Assembly (NCBI GenBank): GCA_003558085.1
Contig: PWMT01000058.1
Coordinates: 1-43,064, forward strand
Source of the DNA: Methanobacteriaceae archaeon
GTDB taxonomy: Archaea; Methanobacteriota; Methanobacteria; Methanobacteriales; Methanobacteriaceae
DNA length: 43,064 bases
Direction of reading: 5' to 3'
Positions 29,211 to 39,224 of the stretch are shown piece by piece. The notes under the pieces were generated by a model. That model saw only the letters and a program-made list of their open reading frames with translations, did no database searches and was not told the DNA's origin. A program made the translations under genes and the position numbers. Position 1 is the first letter of the stretch. The number at the start of each line of letters is the position of its first letter.

Positions 29211-29777
29211 TTATTCTGGAAGTTCATAGAACTCCTGTGATTCTCCTTCATCATCAACATCTTTCAATTTTAAAGTCCTCTTAACATCCATGCTCAAAGC
29301 ATTACAATCTGCTTTAATAGCCTCTAAATGCATTAAAATCCTTTCTTTTTCTTGATTAATTCTTTTTATATTTTTGTAAGGATAAATAGATTCTTTAAGC
29401 ATATCATATTCTATGGTGGTGTAGGGATATTCATTTAATTGTATGCAGACGTTTTCTAAAACTTCACCCAGGAATTTATTCATTTCCACCTTTACTCGTT
29501 CCCGGATCATTTTGTCCCGATCAAGATGTTGTTTCATCAGACGAACCACTTCTGCCTTAGCAAAAGGCAAATCTTCCTGTTCTTCTTCAGATCCTTCTTC
29601 AGATCCTTCTTCAGATCCTTCTTCAGATCCTTCTTCAGATCCTTCTTCAGATACTTCTTCAGATACTTCTGAAGCAGTCTTCATTTCTTCATTAGTTAAA
29701 TCTTCAGGTAGTTCTTCAATATCTTCACTCTCATCATTATTTATTTTTTGATCTTGCAAATCATCATTATCCAGCAT
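29211..29777 (-). CDS. Histone-fold protein with C-terminal coiled coil and acidic N-terminal tail (coiled-coil histone-like)
   Basis: [45 protein letters not shown] follows the histone fold alpha1-alpha2-alpha3, then a heptad helix; ATG 29777 after GGAGG. Confidence 0.7.
   Translation of the reverse strand: MLDNDDLQDQKINNDESEDIEELPEDLTNEEMKTASEVSEEVSEEGSEEGSEEGSEEGSEEGSEEEQEDLPFAKAEVVRLMKQHLDRDKMIRERVKVEMNKFLGEVLENVCIQLNEYPYTTIEYDMLKESIYPYKNIKRINQEKERILMHLEAIKADCNALSMDVKRTLKLKDVDDEGESQEFYELPE
29582..29670. repeat. 12-bp coding minisatellite (SEEG/SEEV)n
   Basis: CTTCTTCAGAT(C/A) repeated about 7 times, encoding [31 protein letters not shown]. Confidence 0.92.
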
Positions 29778-30007
29778 ATAATTGCCTCCATAAAATAATT
29801 CCAATAGATCAGGTAATATAAATCCTATATTCACTAGTTAGAGAATTTACAGATTATAATTAAAATAGCAAAACCTTATCCTGACCCAGTATGCTAGCTT
29901 AAATTATGAATTAGATTCTATATAAATATATGCTAAATTAACACAATTACCCTTAATTTTTTTATAGGTAATGACCCTAGCTTCTATTAAAAAGTATGTA
30001 ATTTCAA

Positions 30008-30847
30008 TTATAATAAATGTTTTATTTCCATACTAAGATCAATGCTGGCGGCAGAATGAGTAATGTAACCCATGGAAATCACATCTGCACCTGTTTTTGC
30101 ATAATCTAAAATGTTTTCAGGAGTAATTCCACCTGATATTTCGATTATTACATTTTTCCTTAGATTAGAATCTTCTAATACACTAATAACTTCTTTAATT
30201 TGTTCGGGATTCATATTATCCAACATGATAATATCCACATCTAATTTAGCAGCTAATACTGCATCTTCTAAAGTTTCCACTTCCACTTCAATCTTTTTAC
30301 TAAAACTGACATTTTGCCGGACTTTTTTAATGGCTAAAGATATATCCCCTATAATAGCAATATGGTTATCTTTAATCAGCACACAATCATCTAAGCGGAA
30401 TCGATGGGAATCCCCACCACCAAACTTAATAGCAGATTTTTCAAAAAACTGCATTCCGGGTGTTGTTTTACGAGTACCAGCAATTTTAATCTTTTTATTA
30501 ACTGATCTAGCTTTTTTAACCATTTTAGAAGTTACAGTAGCAATTCCACTCATTTTCATCATCAAATTTAGTACTGTGCGCTCTAAAGTTAAAATAGAAC
30601 GTGCATTACCCTCTAAAAGTAATATAGAATCTCCTTTAGATATGTAATCTCCATCATACTTCCCTTTGGAGCATTTCAAATTAAAATCTTCAAAAATAAT
30701 TTCTGCAACTTCAATACCAGCTATTATTCCACTTTCACGAGCTACTATTTCCGCACAAGCTTTAATTCCAGGAGAAAATAGTGCATTGGTAGTAATATCC
30801 TCAAATCCCACATCATCATTAATCATCTGTCTAAGCGTATTTTTCAT
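30008..30847 (-). CDS. nadC: Nicotinate-nucleotide diphosphorylase (carboxylating)
   Basis: DITT, ERTVLN, TRKTTPG, HRFRLDD..LIKDNH, EVEVE, IMLDN, SGGI. Confidence 0.96.
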   Translation of the reverse strand: MKNTLRQMINDDVGFEDITTNALFSPGIKACAEIVARESGIIAGIEVAEIIFEDFNLKCSKGKYDGDYISKGDSILLLEGNARSILTLERTVLNLMMKMSGIATVTSKMVKKARSVNKKIKIAGTRKTTPGMQFFEKSAIKFGGGDSHRFRLDDCVLIKDNHIAIIGDISLAIKKVRQNVSFSKKIEVEVETLEDAVLAAKLDVDIIMLDNMNPEQIKEVISVLEDSNLRKNVIIEISGGITPENILDYAKTGADVISMGYITHSAASIDLSMEIKHLL

Positions 30848-30989
30848 AATATCGCCTTAAAGAGTATATAAAGCAGAAGTTATAAATTTATGGTAAAAAT
30901 GATTTATAGAACTTATTTAAATTAAAAAGTAACTCATAATAATTCAAGTACACTGAAAATTTTCTAAATAACTAGTTTAGGAATCTAAT

Positions 30990-31886
30990 ATGGAACTAAT
31001 ATTTTTAGGCACGGCTTCAGCAATACCTTCCAAATTTCGCAATCACTCAGCCATAGCTCTGAAAGCCTTTGGAGAAGTTTTTCTATTTGATTGTGGTGAA
31101 GGAACCCAGAGACAGATGGTTAAACTGAAACTTAGTCCCATGAAAATCAATAAAATATTCATTACTCATCTACATGGAGATCATATTCTAGGGATTCCCG
31201 GCATCATCCAATCCCTAGGATTTAGAGGGAGAACCGAAAATCTTAAAGTATATGGTCCTCCGGGAACATCCTTTGTTATTAATTCCATGATGAATTTTGG
31301 TTATTTTAATCTCCAATTTGAAATAGAAGTACATGAAATAAAATCCGGAATCATTATCGATGAAGAAGACTACCGGATAGAGTGTGTTAAGACAAACCAT
31401 AGCATTCCTAATTATTCTTATTCTATTGTGGAGAAGAAAAGACCGCGCTTTTTAAAAGATAAAGCAGTTGCATTGGGAATTAAGCCCGGTCCTGATTATG
31501 GTAAGCTTCATCGAGGTTTAAATGTGGAAGTTAATGGTAGAATCATAAAACCAGAACAAGTTCTTGGTAAACCTCGAAAAGGGATTAAAATAGTCTATTC
31601 TGGCGACACCAGCCCAACCGATGGTTTAATAGATCTAGCCAAAGATGCTGATATATTAATTCATGAATCTACCTTCCAGGCTGATAATGCAGATAAAGCA
31701 AAAGAAACCCTACATTCTACCTCTTATGATGCAGCCACTGTGGCTAAAAAAGCTAAGGTTAAAAAATTGTTTTTAACCCATATCAGTACCCGTTACAAAA
31801 AATCCTTAGAACTGGAAAATTCTGCTAGAGAAATCTTTAAAAATTCTGTGGTGGCCGAAGACCTGATGGTGATAAAGGTGAAATAG
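30990..31886 (+). CDS. rnz: Ribonuclease Z
   Basis: FLGTASAIP, DCGEGTQ, THLHGDH, exosite GIKPGP, SGDT, HEST, THISTRY. Confidence 0.96.
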   Translation: MELIFLGTASAIPSKFRNHSAIALKAFGEVFLFDCGEGTQRQMVKLKLSPMKINKIFITHLHGDHILGIPGIIQSLGFRGRTENLKVYGPPGTSFVINSMMNFGYFNLQFEIEVHEIKSGIIIDEEDYRIECVKTNHSIPNYSYSIVEKKRPRFLKDKAVALGIKPGPDYGKLHRGLNVEVNGRIIKPEQVLGKPRKGIKIVYSGDTSPTDGLIDLAKDADILIHESTFQADNADKAKETLHSTSYDAATVAKKAKVKKLFLTHISTRYKKSLELENSAREIFKNSVVAEDLMVIKVK

Positions 31887-32627
31887 ATGGTTATTACTGG
31901 TTTATTCAGAGACTTAATCGTAGTTATAATAATCATCTCCCTTTCCATTATCATTATTAAATCATTTTCTTTCTTAATTAAAAAACTTGGGAAGAAATGG
32001 GATTTGGATTTAACCTTAGTACAGATTTTACAAGATATTATTAAATATGGTATCAGCATATTGGCTTTTACTATTATTTTAAAAGAGATGGGTATCGATA
32101 TCACCGCCATAGCTGTGAGTCTGGGTATAGTGGGGATAGCGGTGGGCTTCGCCTCTCGGGATACTATTTCTAATTTTATATCCGGAATAATAATTCTCAT
32201 AGATAAAAGTTTTAAAGTAGGAGATACCATAGAAATAAATAATAATAAGGGTAAAGTAACTAAAGTTGGATTTAGGACAACTACTATTACCAATCCTAAT
32301 AATAGTGTTATTACTATCCCCAATTCTTTATTTTCAAAAAATCCATATTCTAATTACACCTACATGGACCGTAGAAGAGTGGATCTAAATGTCACCCTAT
32401 CCTACCAGGTGGACCTGGAAAAATTTTCTGATGAAATTAAAGAGAAAATCTCAACTTTTCCCTGGGTATTAACTGATACTAAACCAGAAATAATGATAAA
32501 AGAACTTTCTGATGTGGGTGTAAAGTTATTAGTCACTGCATGGACTTCTGATTTATGGCAAATAGCCCCTTATCGTTCTTTAATGGCGGAAGAAATCAAA
32601 AAAATCCTAGGAGAGAAAAATGAATAA
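31887..32627 (+). CDS. mscS: Small-conductance mechanosensitive channel, MscS family
   Basis: SLGIVGIAVGFASRDTISNFISG, FKVGDTI, IPNS. Confidence 0.92.
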   Translation: MVITGLFRDLIVVIIIISLSIIIIKSFSFLIKKLGKKWDLDLTLVQILQDIIKYGISILAFTIILKEMGIDITAIAVSLGIVGIAVGFASRDTISNFISGIIILIDKSFKVGDTIEINNNKGKVTKVGFRTTTITNPNNSVITIPNSLFSKNPYSNYTYMDRRRVDLNVTLSYQVDLEKFSDEIKEKISTFPWVLTDTKPEIMIKELSDVGVKLLVTAWTSDLWQIAPYRSLMAEEIKKILGEKNE

Positions 32628-33225
32628 TTCAAAATTAATTTCTTCAATCATAATCTTAATATGTTTAATTTTATCATTTAACATAACAATTGCAGCTTAT
32701 AGTCAATATCAAAATTTAAGAGACACCCAAGCTCGCCTAGAACATTATAAAAGCGCTCCTAGGAATTTATTAGAACCAGAAGTTAGTAATGTTAATTTAC
32801 AATCTGGAGGCGCCACCAATTTAGGGAAAATAATCATACCTCGATTAGATCTGGAAGTCTGGATTAGAACTGATACGGTCAATGCATATGATTCAGTCTA
32901 TCATTATCCTGAAAGTGTTATGCCTGGAATGGATGGTCATTGCGGACTTTTAGGGCATAGGACTAGTTATTCGGGACCTTTCAGAAATATAGGGAATTTA
33001 AGAGTGGGAGATGAAGTTATAATTCAAGACATGGTAGTCTCAAGGGAGTATGTCTACCAAGTGGTGTCTAATGGCGCAGATATCCGCTGGGACTATAAAA
33101 CCAATCCGATCCAATTTGCTCAGGATGGTGAAGCTCGATTAATGTTAATTACATGTTATCCGCCTGGAAGAAAAGATGCAGCATGGATAACACACTGTAG
33201 ATTAGTATCCACTTCTAATATTTAA
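32620..33225 (+). CDS. Sortase (class D/E-like)
   Basis: N-terminal TM anchor, IIIPRL, GHRTSYSGPF, VGDEVII, LMLITC motif. Confidence 0.85.
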   Translation: MNNSKLISSIIILICLILSFNITIAAYSQYQNLRDTQARLEHYKSAPRNLLEPEVSNVNLQSGGATNLGKIIIPRLDLEVWIRTDTVNAYDSVYHYPESVMPGMDGHCGLLGHRTSYSGPFRNIGNLRVGDEVIIQDMVVSREYVYQVVSNGADIRWDYKTNPIQFAQDGEARLMLITCYPPGRKDAAWITHCRLVSTSNI

Positions 33226-33436
33226 TGATAGCATTGATAGTATATAAATCAGAATTATTACTATCCTGCCCTTTAATTAATATATTACCACATTAAATGA
33301 ATTAAATAAATATCATAACCCTATTAAATAATTCAACATATCTTAGCTTAACCAGTAATAAATTAGTTCAGACAATTATGCATAACACATTAAAAAATGA
33401 ATAGTAAAATAAATCTATATAATAAGGAGTTTTAAA

Positions 33437-34684
33437 ATGGATGATTCCAGTTTAAGAAATAAATTAGAACTAGAATTAGCTAATCTGGAAAAAATTGATG
33501 GTGTAGAAGCTTCCTTAGTCGTAAATAATTCAGGAGAAGTATTTTACACTAATCTTAAATCAAAAGAACTATCTCTTTTTGGATCAATGGCCAATATAAT
33601 CAGTAATTCGTCTTTAAAACTACTTAAACATACCCGGCAAGGTGAAGGTGAAAGAATACTCCTGGAATCTTTACAGGGAAAAGCACTATTTTTAAATTTA
33701 AAGAAAGGCCATTTAGTAGTTTTAACTAATGCCAATGCTAATATTGGAGCTGTAATGTTATCTTCTAAAAAAGCAGCCCATAAAATTAATAATATTCCTG
33801 AAATAAAAGCCATGGGAGTAAAAATGATATCTGAGGAAAAAATTACTTCCGCTGCACTTAAGAGAGATGCTGAGGAAAATTTAGCAAAAAGTAATGCGCC
33901 TATTTCTACAATTTCCCTGGAAAAGGAAGAATTTAGTTCATCAACACCCCATAACCGGCAAGAAGAAGCTAGATTAAAATTAGAAAAAGAAATGTTAAAT
34001 AAAAATAAGGAAAAATGGAAAACCACCCAATTAAAGGTAAGACCAGATGACCAGAAAGTAGACTTGAATGAAAATAAGATTGCAGGAAAGCTATTACCGG
34101 ATAGTGAAGTGGAGATTATTGGAGATGTGGAAAAAGCTTCTAAAAAAGAGGTAACTAAAGTCAAGGATAAAGAAGTGACTCGTGATTTACCTATTATTCA
34201 ACCCCCCATCGCATTTCCAGAACTACCTCAAGATGTAGAAGTACCTGATGATTTAAAGGAAAGATGTGATTTAATTATAGATATCTATGAATATATTATG
34301 CGCGCCATGTCTATTGGTGCCAGTAAAATTATGGGGGTAGCACCAGCACGGGGGATGTTGAAAAAATCCTTACCCTACAAGGAGTTACCTCAACTTTTAG
34401 CTGGAGTGGATGTTAAAAATAATTCTGTAATTGAATTTGAAAAAATTAGGGAAAATTTAGATAAATATCCTACAGAAAACCGGTCTGAAAAATTTATTGA
34501 AGATTTAAACCAACTTATTACGGCTATCACTGACAACTATGGTAAAGTAATGGGGTATAACGCTTTTAGGGGTATGATAAGAACGGAATTCGGGCAAATA
34601 TATAATGCCTTTGGCCCGGCTATGGACGAATTAGGCATAATAAATATAATTCACTCCGCATTAAAACCCTTATTAAGTGCTTGA
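33437..34684 (+). CDS. Roadblock/LC7 domain protein with charged linker and C-terminal helical domain
   Basis: Residues ~1-120 (DGVEASLVVNNSGEV..ERILLES..ANIGAV) fit roadblock, followed by a low-complexity linker and a ~150-aa helical domain. Confidence 0.75.
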   Translation: MDDSSLRNKLELELANLEKIDGVEASLVVNNSGEVFYTNLKSKELSLFGSMANIISNSSLKLLKHTRQGEGERILLESLQGKALFLNLKKGHLVVLTNANANIGAVMLSSKKAAHKINNIPEIKAMGVKMISEEKITSAALKRDAEENLAKSNAPISTISLEKEEFSSSTPHNRQEEARLKLEKEMLNKNKEKWKTTQLKVRPDDQKVDLNENKIAGKLLPDSEVEIIGDVEKASKKEVTKVKDKEVTRDLPIIQPPIAFPELPQDVEVPDDLKERCDLIIDIYEYIMRAMSIGASKIMGVAPARGMLKKSLPYKELPQLLAGVDVKNNSVIEFEKIRENLDKYPTENRSEKFIEDLNQLITAITDNYGKVMGYNAFRGMIRTEFGQIYNAFGPAMDELGIINIIHSALKPLLSA

Positions 34685-34869
34685 ACCTGAGACAATTAAA
34701 TAAGAGTATAAAAAAATAAAAGTAAACCTACCCTATCCTAATATTTTATTGAAATATTTTTATAAGATTTAAATAAAAAATATTATATTAAATAATATAC
34801 TTCTTACTAAATTTTTTTATCAATTGTTTATCCTCTAGCTTAGCTAGGGATATTAGATAAGGGGATAAT

Positions 34870-35790
34870 ATGCTGAATAAATTACAAGAAGAAATAATAG
34901 ATCTTAAAAAAGAAAAAAATGCGATAATACTTGCTCATAATTATCAGCCTAGAGAAATACAAGAAATTGCCGATTTTTTAGGTGACTCCTTAGAACTTTG
35001 TATTAAAACATCACAGATCCAAGATAAAGAAATAGTAGTCTTCTGTGGCGTTGATTTCATGGCAGAAACCGCGGTAATACTCAATCCCCATAAAAAAATT
35101 TTAATACCTGATCAGGATGCAGAATGTCCTATGGCCCACATGCTTTCTGCAGAGGAAATCCGAGAATATAAAAAAAGGTATCCTAATGCTGCCGTCGTTT
35201 TATATGTTAACACCTTAGCTGAAGCTAAAGCCGAAGCAGATGTAATATGTACTTCTGCCAATGCAGTAAAGATAGTGGAAAGTTTAAAGGAAGATCTCAT
35301 ACTCTTTGGACCAGATAAAAATTTAGCTGAATTTGTAGCCCAGCAAACTAACAAAGAAATAATACCCATACCTGAAGAAGGTCACTGTTACGTGCATAAA
35401 ATGTTCACTCCCGCTGACATAATCTATAAAAAAGAAAAATATCCAGATGCAGAGATCTTAGTACATCCTGAATGTGATATAGAAGTTCAAGAACTAAGTG
35501 ATAAGGTTTTAGGTACCGGGGGAATGCTTAAACGTGTGGGAGAATCTCCTAAAAAAGATTTTATTTTAGGAACAGAACTAGATATGACTACACGTATTAA
35601 TATAGAGCATCCTGGAAAAAACCTCGTACCCCTCTTTGAGGAAGCCATATGTGAAACCATGAAATTACATACTCTGGAAAAAGTGAAAAACTCCTTATTA
35701 GAGGAAAAATACCTAGTAACTGTTCCGGAAGATATTGCTAGAAAAGCAGAGAAAGCAGTGCAAAGGATGATAGATATTACTTTAAGCTGA
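34870..35790 (+). CDS. nadA: Quinolinate synthase
   Basis: ILAHNYQ, GDSL, CGVDFMAE, CPMA, YVNT, CTSANA, HPEC, CETMK. Confidence 0.96.
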   Translation: MLNKLQEEIIDLKKEKNAIILAHNYQPREIQEIADFLGDSLELCIKTSQIQDKEIVVFCGVDFMAETAVILNPHKKILIPDQDAECPMAHMLSAEEIREYKKRYPNAAVVLYVNTLAEAKAEADVICTSANAVKIVESLKEDLILFGPDKNLAEFVAQQTNKEIIPIPEEGHCYVHKMFTPADIIYKKEKYPDAEILVHPECDIEVQELSDKVLGTGGMLKRVGESPKKDFILGTELDMTTRINIEHPGKNLVPLFEEAICETMKLHTLEKVKNSLLEEKYLVTVPEDIARKAEKAVQRMIDITLS

Positions 35791-36119
35791 ACTTACAATA
35801 AGGTTCTTAAAATTTTTAAGGACTACCGAGATTAGTATACTTTTTTCTGGTTAAACCGCTGACGAATTTCTATTGGATTTTGCAATCCATCATCCTTACT
35901 TCTTTCATGAATTTAATTCAAATACCCTGATTTTTTTTATGGTTTAAAATTATCTAAAATTAGTTATTCTACAGGTTTTAAATAATAAATAAGGAATGTG
36001 TAGTTTTCTTACTAGTTATTTATAAAATTTTTATTAACATAAATTAGACTGATAATTAATTTTATTATTTATTGAAAATAAATAATCATATAGGATTAAT
36101 TATAGAAAGGGGTTATTTT

Positions 36120-36884
36120 ATGCTTTTCAAGGTATCTGGTCATGAAGTTAAAGTTGAAGTTGAAAAAAAAGAAACTTTTTTATCCAAACACTCCGATAGC
36201 CAACTTAATAGGTTTAAAATACATTTTCAAGTCTATAATCCACTGCAAATACCAAAAACTGTTACTTCTATGGATGATGGGAAAAAATGGAAAGTCATTG
36301 ACTCTTATCATTATTATACAGAGGGTAATCCAGTGGTGCGCTACATCTTCCACCTAGAAGAAATAGAAAATCTGGAAATTTCCACTCTACACCTCAATGA
36401 GCTTGAAATTAAACCCCAACTTTACCAGGAAAAAGTTAAGTATGTTCAAGACATTTTAATAATTAAAACCCGATTTAATTTAAATGAAAAGCAGTGGGAT
36501 TATCTGACTGATTTATATCGACAAGGTTATTCTGAGGTTAAAAGAGAAGGAATATCTTCTAAACCTAAAAAAATGAGATTTAACAAATTAATATGGTCTA
36601 AAAATAATAATAAAGAGATAAAATGTGCTTTATCCATGATTGAAGATAAAGTTAATAATTATAAACAATTCCCAGGATTTAAAGTCGAAATCGACAACCT
36701 GGAAAAAGTATCTTCTTCTAATAAAAATGGCCTAGAGGCACTGCTAGCGATTTTAATGGATAAAAAGATAATTAATGATCAGGATTTAAATGAAATAAAA
36801 CACTCACAAGAAAATCCAGTTGAAGAGTTACTATATCTGGAAGTGGAAGATTTAGATGAATTTATGAAAAAATATGAAATATGA
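36120..36884 (+). CDS. Hypothetical protein
   Basis: Open frame of 254 aa from ATG 36120 after AGGGG; no recognisable motif. Confidence 0.6.
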   Translation: MLFKVSGHEVKVEVEKKETFLSKHSDSQLNRFKIHFQVYNPLQIPKTVTSMDDGKKWKVIDSYHYYTEGNPVVRYIFHLEEIENLEISTLHLNELEIKPQLYQEKVKYVQDILIIKTRFNLNEKQWDYLTDLYRQGYSEVKREGISSKPKKMRFNKLIWSKNNNKEIKCALSMIEDKVNNYKQFPGFKVEIDNLEKVSSSNKNGLEALLAILMDKKIINDQDLNEIKHSQENPVEELLYLEVEDLDEFMKKYEI

Positions 36885-36909
36885 TTAATAAAATTGCAGG
36901 GGTCTTCCA

Positions 36910-37572
36910 ATGAAAATAATAGCCCATAGAGGCGCTTCTTTTCTTTATGGAGAAAATACTCTTAAATCTATTCAAAAAGCTATGGAGTTGAATGCAGACT
37001 GGATAGAAGTGGATATAAGAATAACTAAAGATTCTCATCCAGTTATTATTCATGATCATACTGTGGATAGGACCACCAATGGCCAAGGTAAGGTAAACGA
37101 TATTAATTTAGCAGAAATTAAGCAATTTGATACCGATTCTGGGGAGTCTATTCCTCACTTAAAAGAGGTATTATCAGTGGTAAATGCTGAAGTCCCTTTA
37201 GTACTGGAATTAAAAGTACCTAGCTCCATTAACATTATTTTAAATCATCTGCAGGATTATGATTTAGAAAAAATCATGATTGCCTCCTTCTATCATGATC
37301 AGCTATTAAAGATTAAGGAAAGGGAATCTGAATTAAAAACAGGAGTTATTTTCAGTTCTAGGCCAGTTAAAACCCATGAATTAGCTTTAAATTGTAAATG
37401 TGAATATATATTTCCCCATAAAAATTATGTTGATACTAAGATGGTGGATCAAGCTCATCAAAATCAGATTAAAATATATCCCTGGGTAATAGACTATTCT
37501 TATGAATTAAAAGCATTAAAAAGCATAGGAGTGGATGGAATTGTGACTAATAAAGCGGGGATACTAATTTAA
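36910..37572 (+). CDS. Glycerophosphodiester phosphodiesterase
   Basis: IAHRGAS..ENTL, EVDIR.TKD, HDHTVDRTT, ELK, GVDGIVTN. Confidence 0.93.
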   Translation: MKIIAHRGASFLYGENTLKSIQKAMELNADWIEVDIRITKDSHPVIIHDHTVDRTTNGQGKVNDINLAEIKQFDTDSGESIPHLKEVLSVVNAEVPLVLELKVPSSINIILNHLQDYDLEKIMIASFYHDQLLKIKERESELKTGVIFSSRPVKTHELALNCKCEYIFPHKNYVDTKMVDQAHQNQIKIYPWVIDYSYELKALKSIGVDGIVTNKAGILI

Positions 37573-37652
37573 ATCTCTTAAAATATTATTTGAAAAAATA
37601 TCTTATAACCTTAAATACTTAATATCAATATTCTCTAAAGGAGGTTTTTTTC

Positions 37653-38057
37653 TTGGACCCGGAAGAAATTATTAGATTATTAAACATTGATTTTGTACAT
37701 GAATTAGAAGCAACTATGATTTATGCTTATAATGCTTTTATCATGGAGGATTGTGAAGCTAGCCGACTTACAGAAGCCATATCTGTGGATGAAATGAGAC
37801 ATATGTGGTGGCTGGCTGATTTGATTGTAAAAAGGGGTGGTAAACCCACCATGGAACATAGAGAACTGAATTTTGATGAAGATGATCTGAAAACCCAATT
37901 AGAAATTCAAATTCAAAAAGAAACTGAAGGTATAGATGAATACTCACGCCAAGTAGAAATTATAGATGATCCCGAAGTCGTGGGTGTTTTAAAACATATA
38001 ATTGATGAAGAAAAACGTCATCGGAAAGAGTTTAGAGAACGCTTATTGGGTGATTAA
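37653..38057 (+). CDS. Ferritin-like di-iron protein (bacterioferritin/rubrerythrin-like)
   Basis: ELEATMIY, DEMRH, ETEGIDEY, EEKRH; TTG start after GGAGG. Confidence 0.88.
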   Translation: MDPEEIIRLLNIDFVHELEATMIYAYNAFIMEDCEASRLTEAISVDEMRHMWWLADLIVKRGGKPTMEHRELNFDEDDLKTQLEIQIQKETEGIDEYSRQVEIIDDPEVVGVLKHIIDEEKRHRKEFRERLLGD

Positions 38058-38077
38058 GTTTATGTTTCCCTGATTAA

Positions 38078-38971
38078 CTAAAATGGTATTAATCTTCCAG
38101 CTAAAAAAACCATTAAGGGCCATAAAATAAATTCAAAATCCGCTAAAGTAGATGATATATACCCTAAATCATTTTCAGGTATATTTTGAGATTTTTCTAA
38201 ATAATAAATAGTATAAAAGTAAAAAAATGTCAGTATTATAGCAAAATTAGGTATAATTCCAAGGGATATCCCTATAAATAAAGGAATTAATGAAAAGAGG
38301 TTCAAATACTTTAATAGCTCCAATGTTTTTTTCTTTCCTAGTAAAACTGGTAAGGTTCTTAAATTCTGATTTTTATCTGATTTAATATCTTTTAGATCAA
38401 AGAAAATTACATTTAACAAGCATTTTAGAAAAATGAATGTCATTAATATAATATGACTCATTTGGATAGGATTGGCATTATAAAGAACCGGAAATAATGT
38501 CCCCGCAGCTGCCCAAGTTAATGCGGTATAATAATTTTTAAAGGCCGTTATTTCTCGAGTAATTCTCTTTATAGAAATTTCATATAAAATACCAGATATG
38601 ATTAATAAAAATATGAATGCAATTAGATAAAGGTTAGCAAATAATATCAAAAGAACCAATAAGATACTAAGATAGCTAAAGAGAATATAAGGATAGAAAT
38701 CAGCTTTCTTTCTAAGGTGAGAAGTTCTTTCCAAATTAGTACTTTGATCATTATCCAAATTTTGATAATAGTCATAGCTATAAACAATAAGAGGTATCAA
38801 GTAAGCTATTATTAGGATGGGAATATTTATTTTTAATCCAGATAGAATGGAAACAGTTATTACCAATGAAGGTGCTACCAAAGCAGGCAAATATCCACCA
38901 TAAAGGATCTCTTTTTGAATATCTATATCCTTTAAAAATAAGTCTTGAATATTTATAGTAAGTGCTATCAT
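38078..38971 (-). CDS. UbiA-family prenyltransferase
   Basis: Multi-TM; YSYDYYQNLDND and FFDLKDIKSDK..LRTLP Asp-rich motifs. Confidence 0.85.
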   Translation of the reverse strand: MIALTINIQDLFLKDIDIQKEILYGGYLPALVAPSLVITVSILSGLKINIPILIIAYLIPLIVYSYDYYQNLDNDQSTNLERTSHLRKKADFYPYILFSYLSILLVLLILFANLYLIAFIFLLIISGILYEISIKRITREITAFKNYYTALTWAAAGTLFPVLYNANPIQMSHIILMTFIFLKCLLNVIFFDLKDIKSDKNQNLRTLPVLLGKKKTLELLKYLNLFSLIPLFIGISLGIIPNFAIILTFFYFYTIYYLEKSQNIPENDLGYISSTLADFEFILWPLMVFLAGRLIPF

Positions 38972-39224
38972 ATCACCCCCTCCAAAATTGTTTTGTAATC
39001 ATGATAGCTAATAATATGAGAATGAAATCCTACTATAAACTTTATTATGTATTTATTTATATTAGAATCGTTAATATAATTATAACACATAAATAATACA
39101 TAAATTAATTATAAATTTCACATAAATTCAATATAAAATTTATTTAATATTCATATCTATAGGAGATATTAAATGATATGTTAATAAAAATATTATTTGA
39201 TTTAGTTGTCCTGGGGACCTAATA

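Noticed and set aside
35845-35900. TAAACCGCTGACGA resembling part of a fluoride riboswitch; GGATTTTGCAATCC hairpin
   Set aside because: The 5' GGNGATG..GTTC element is missing and no crcB-type gene is adjacent.
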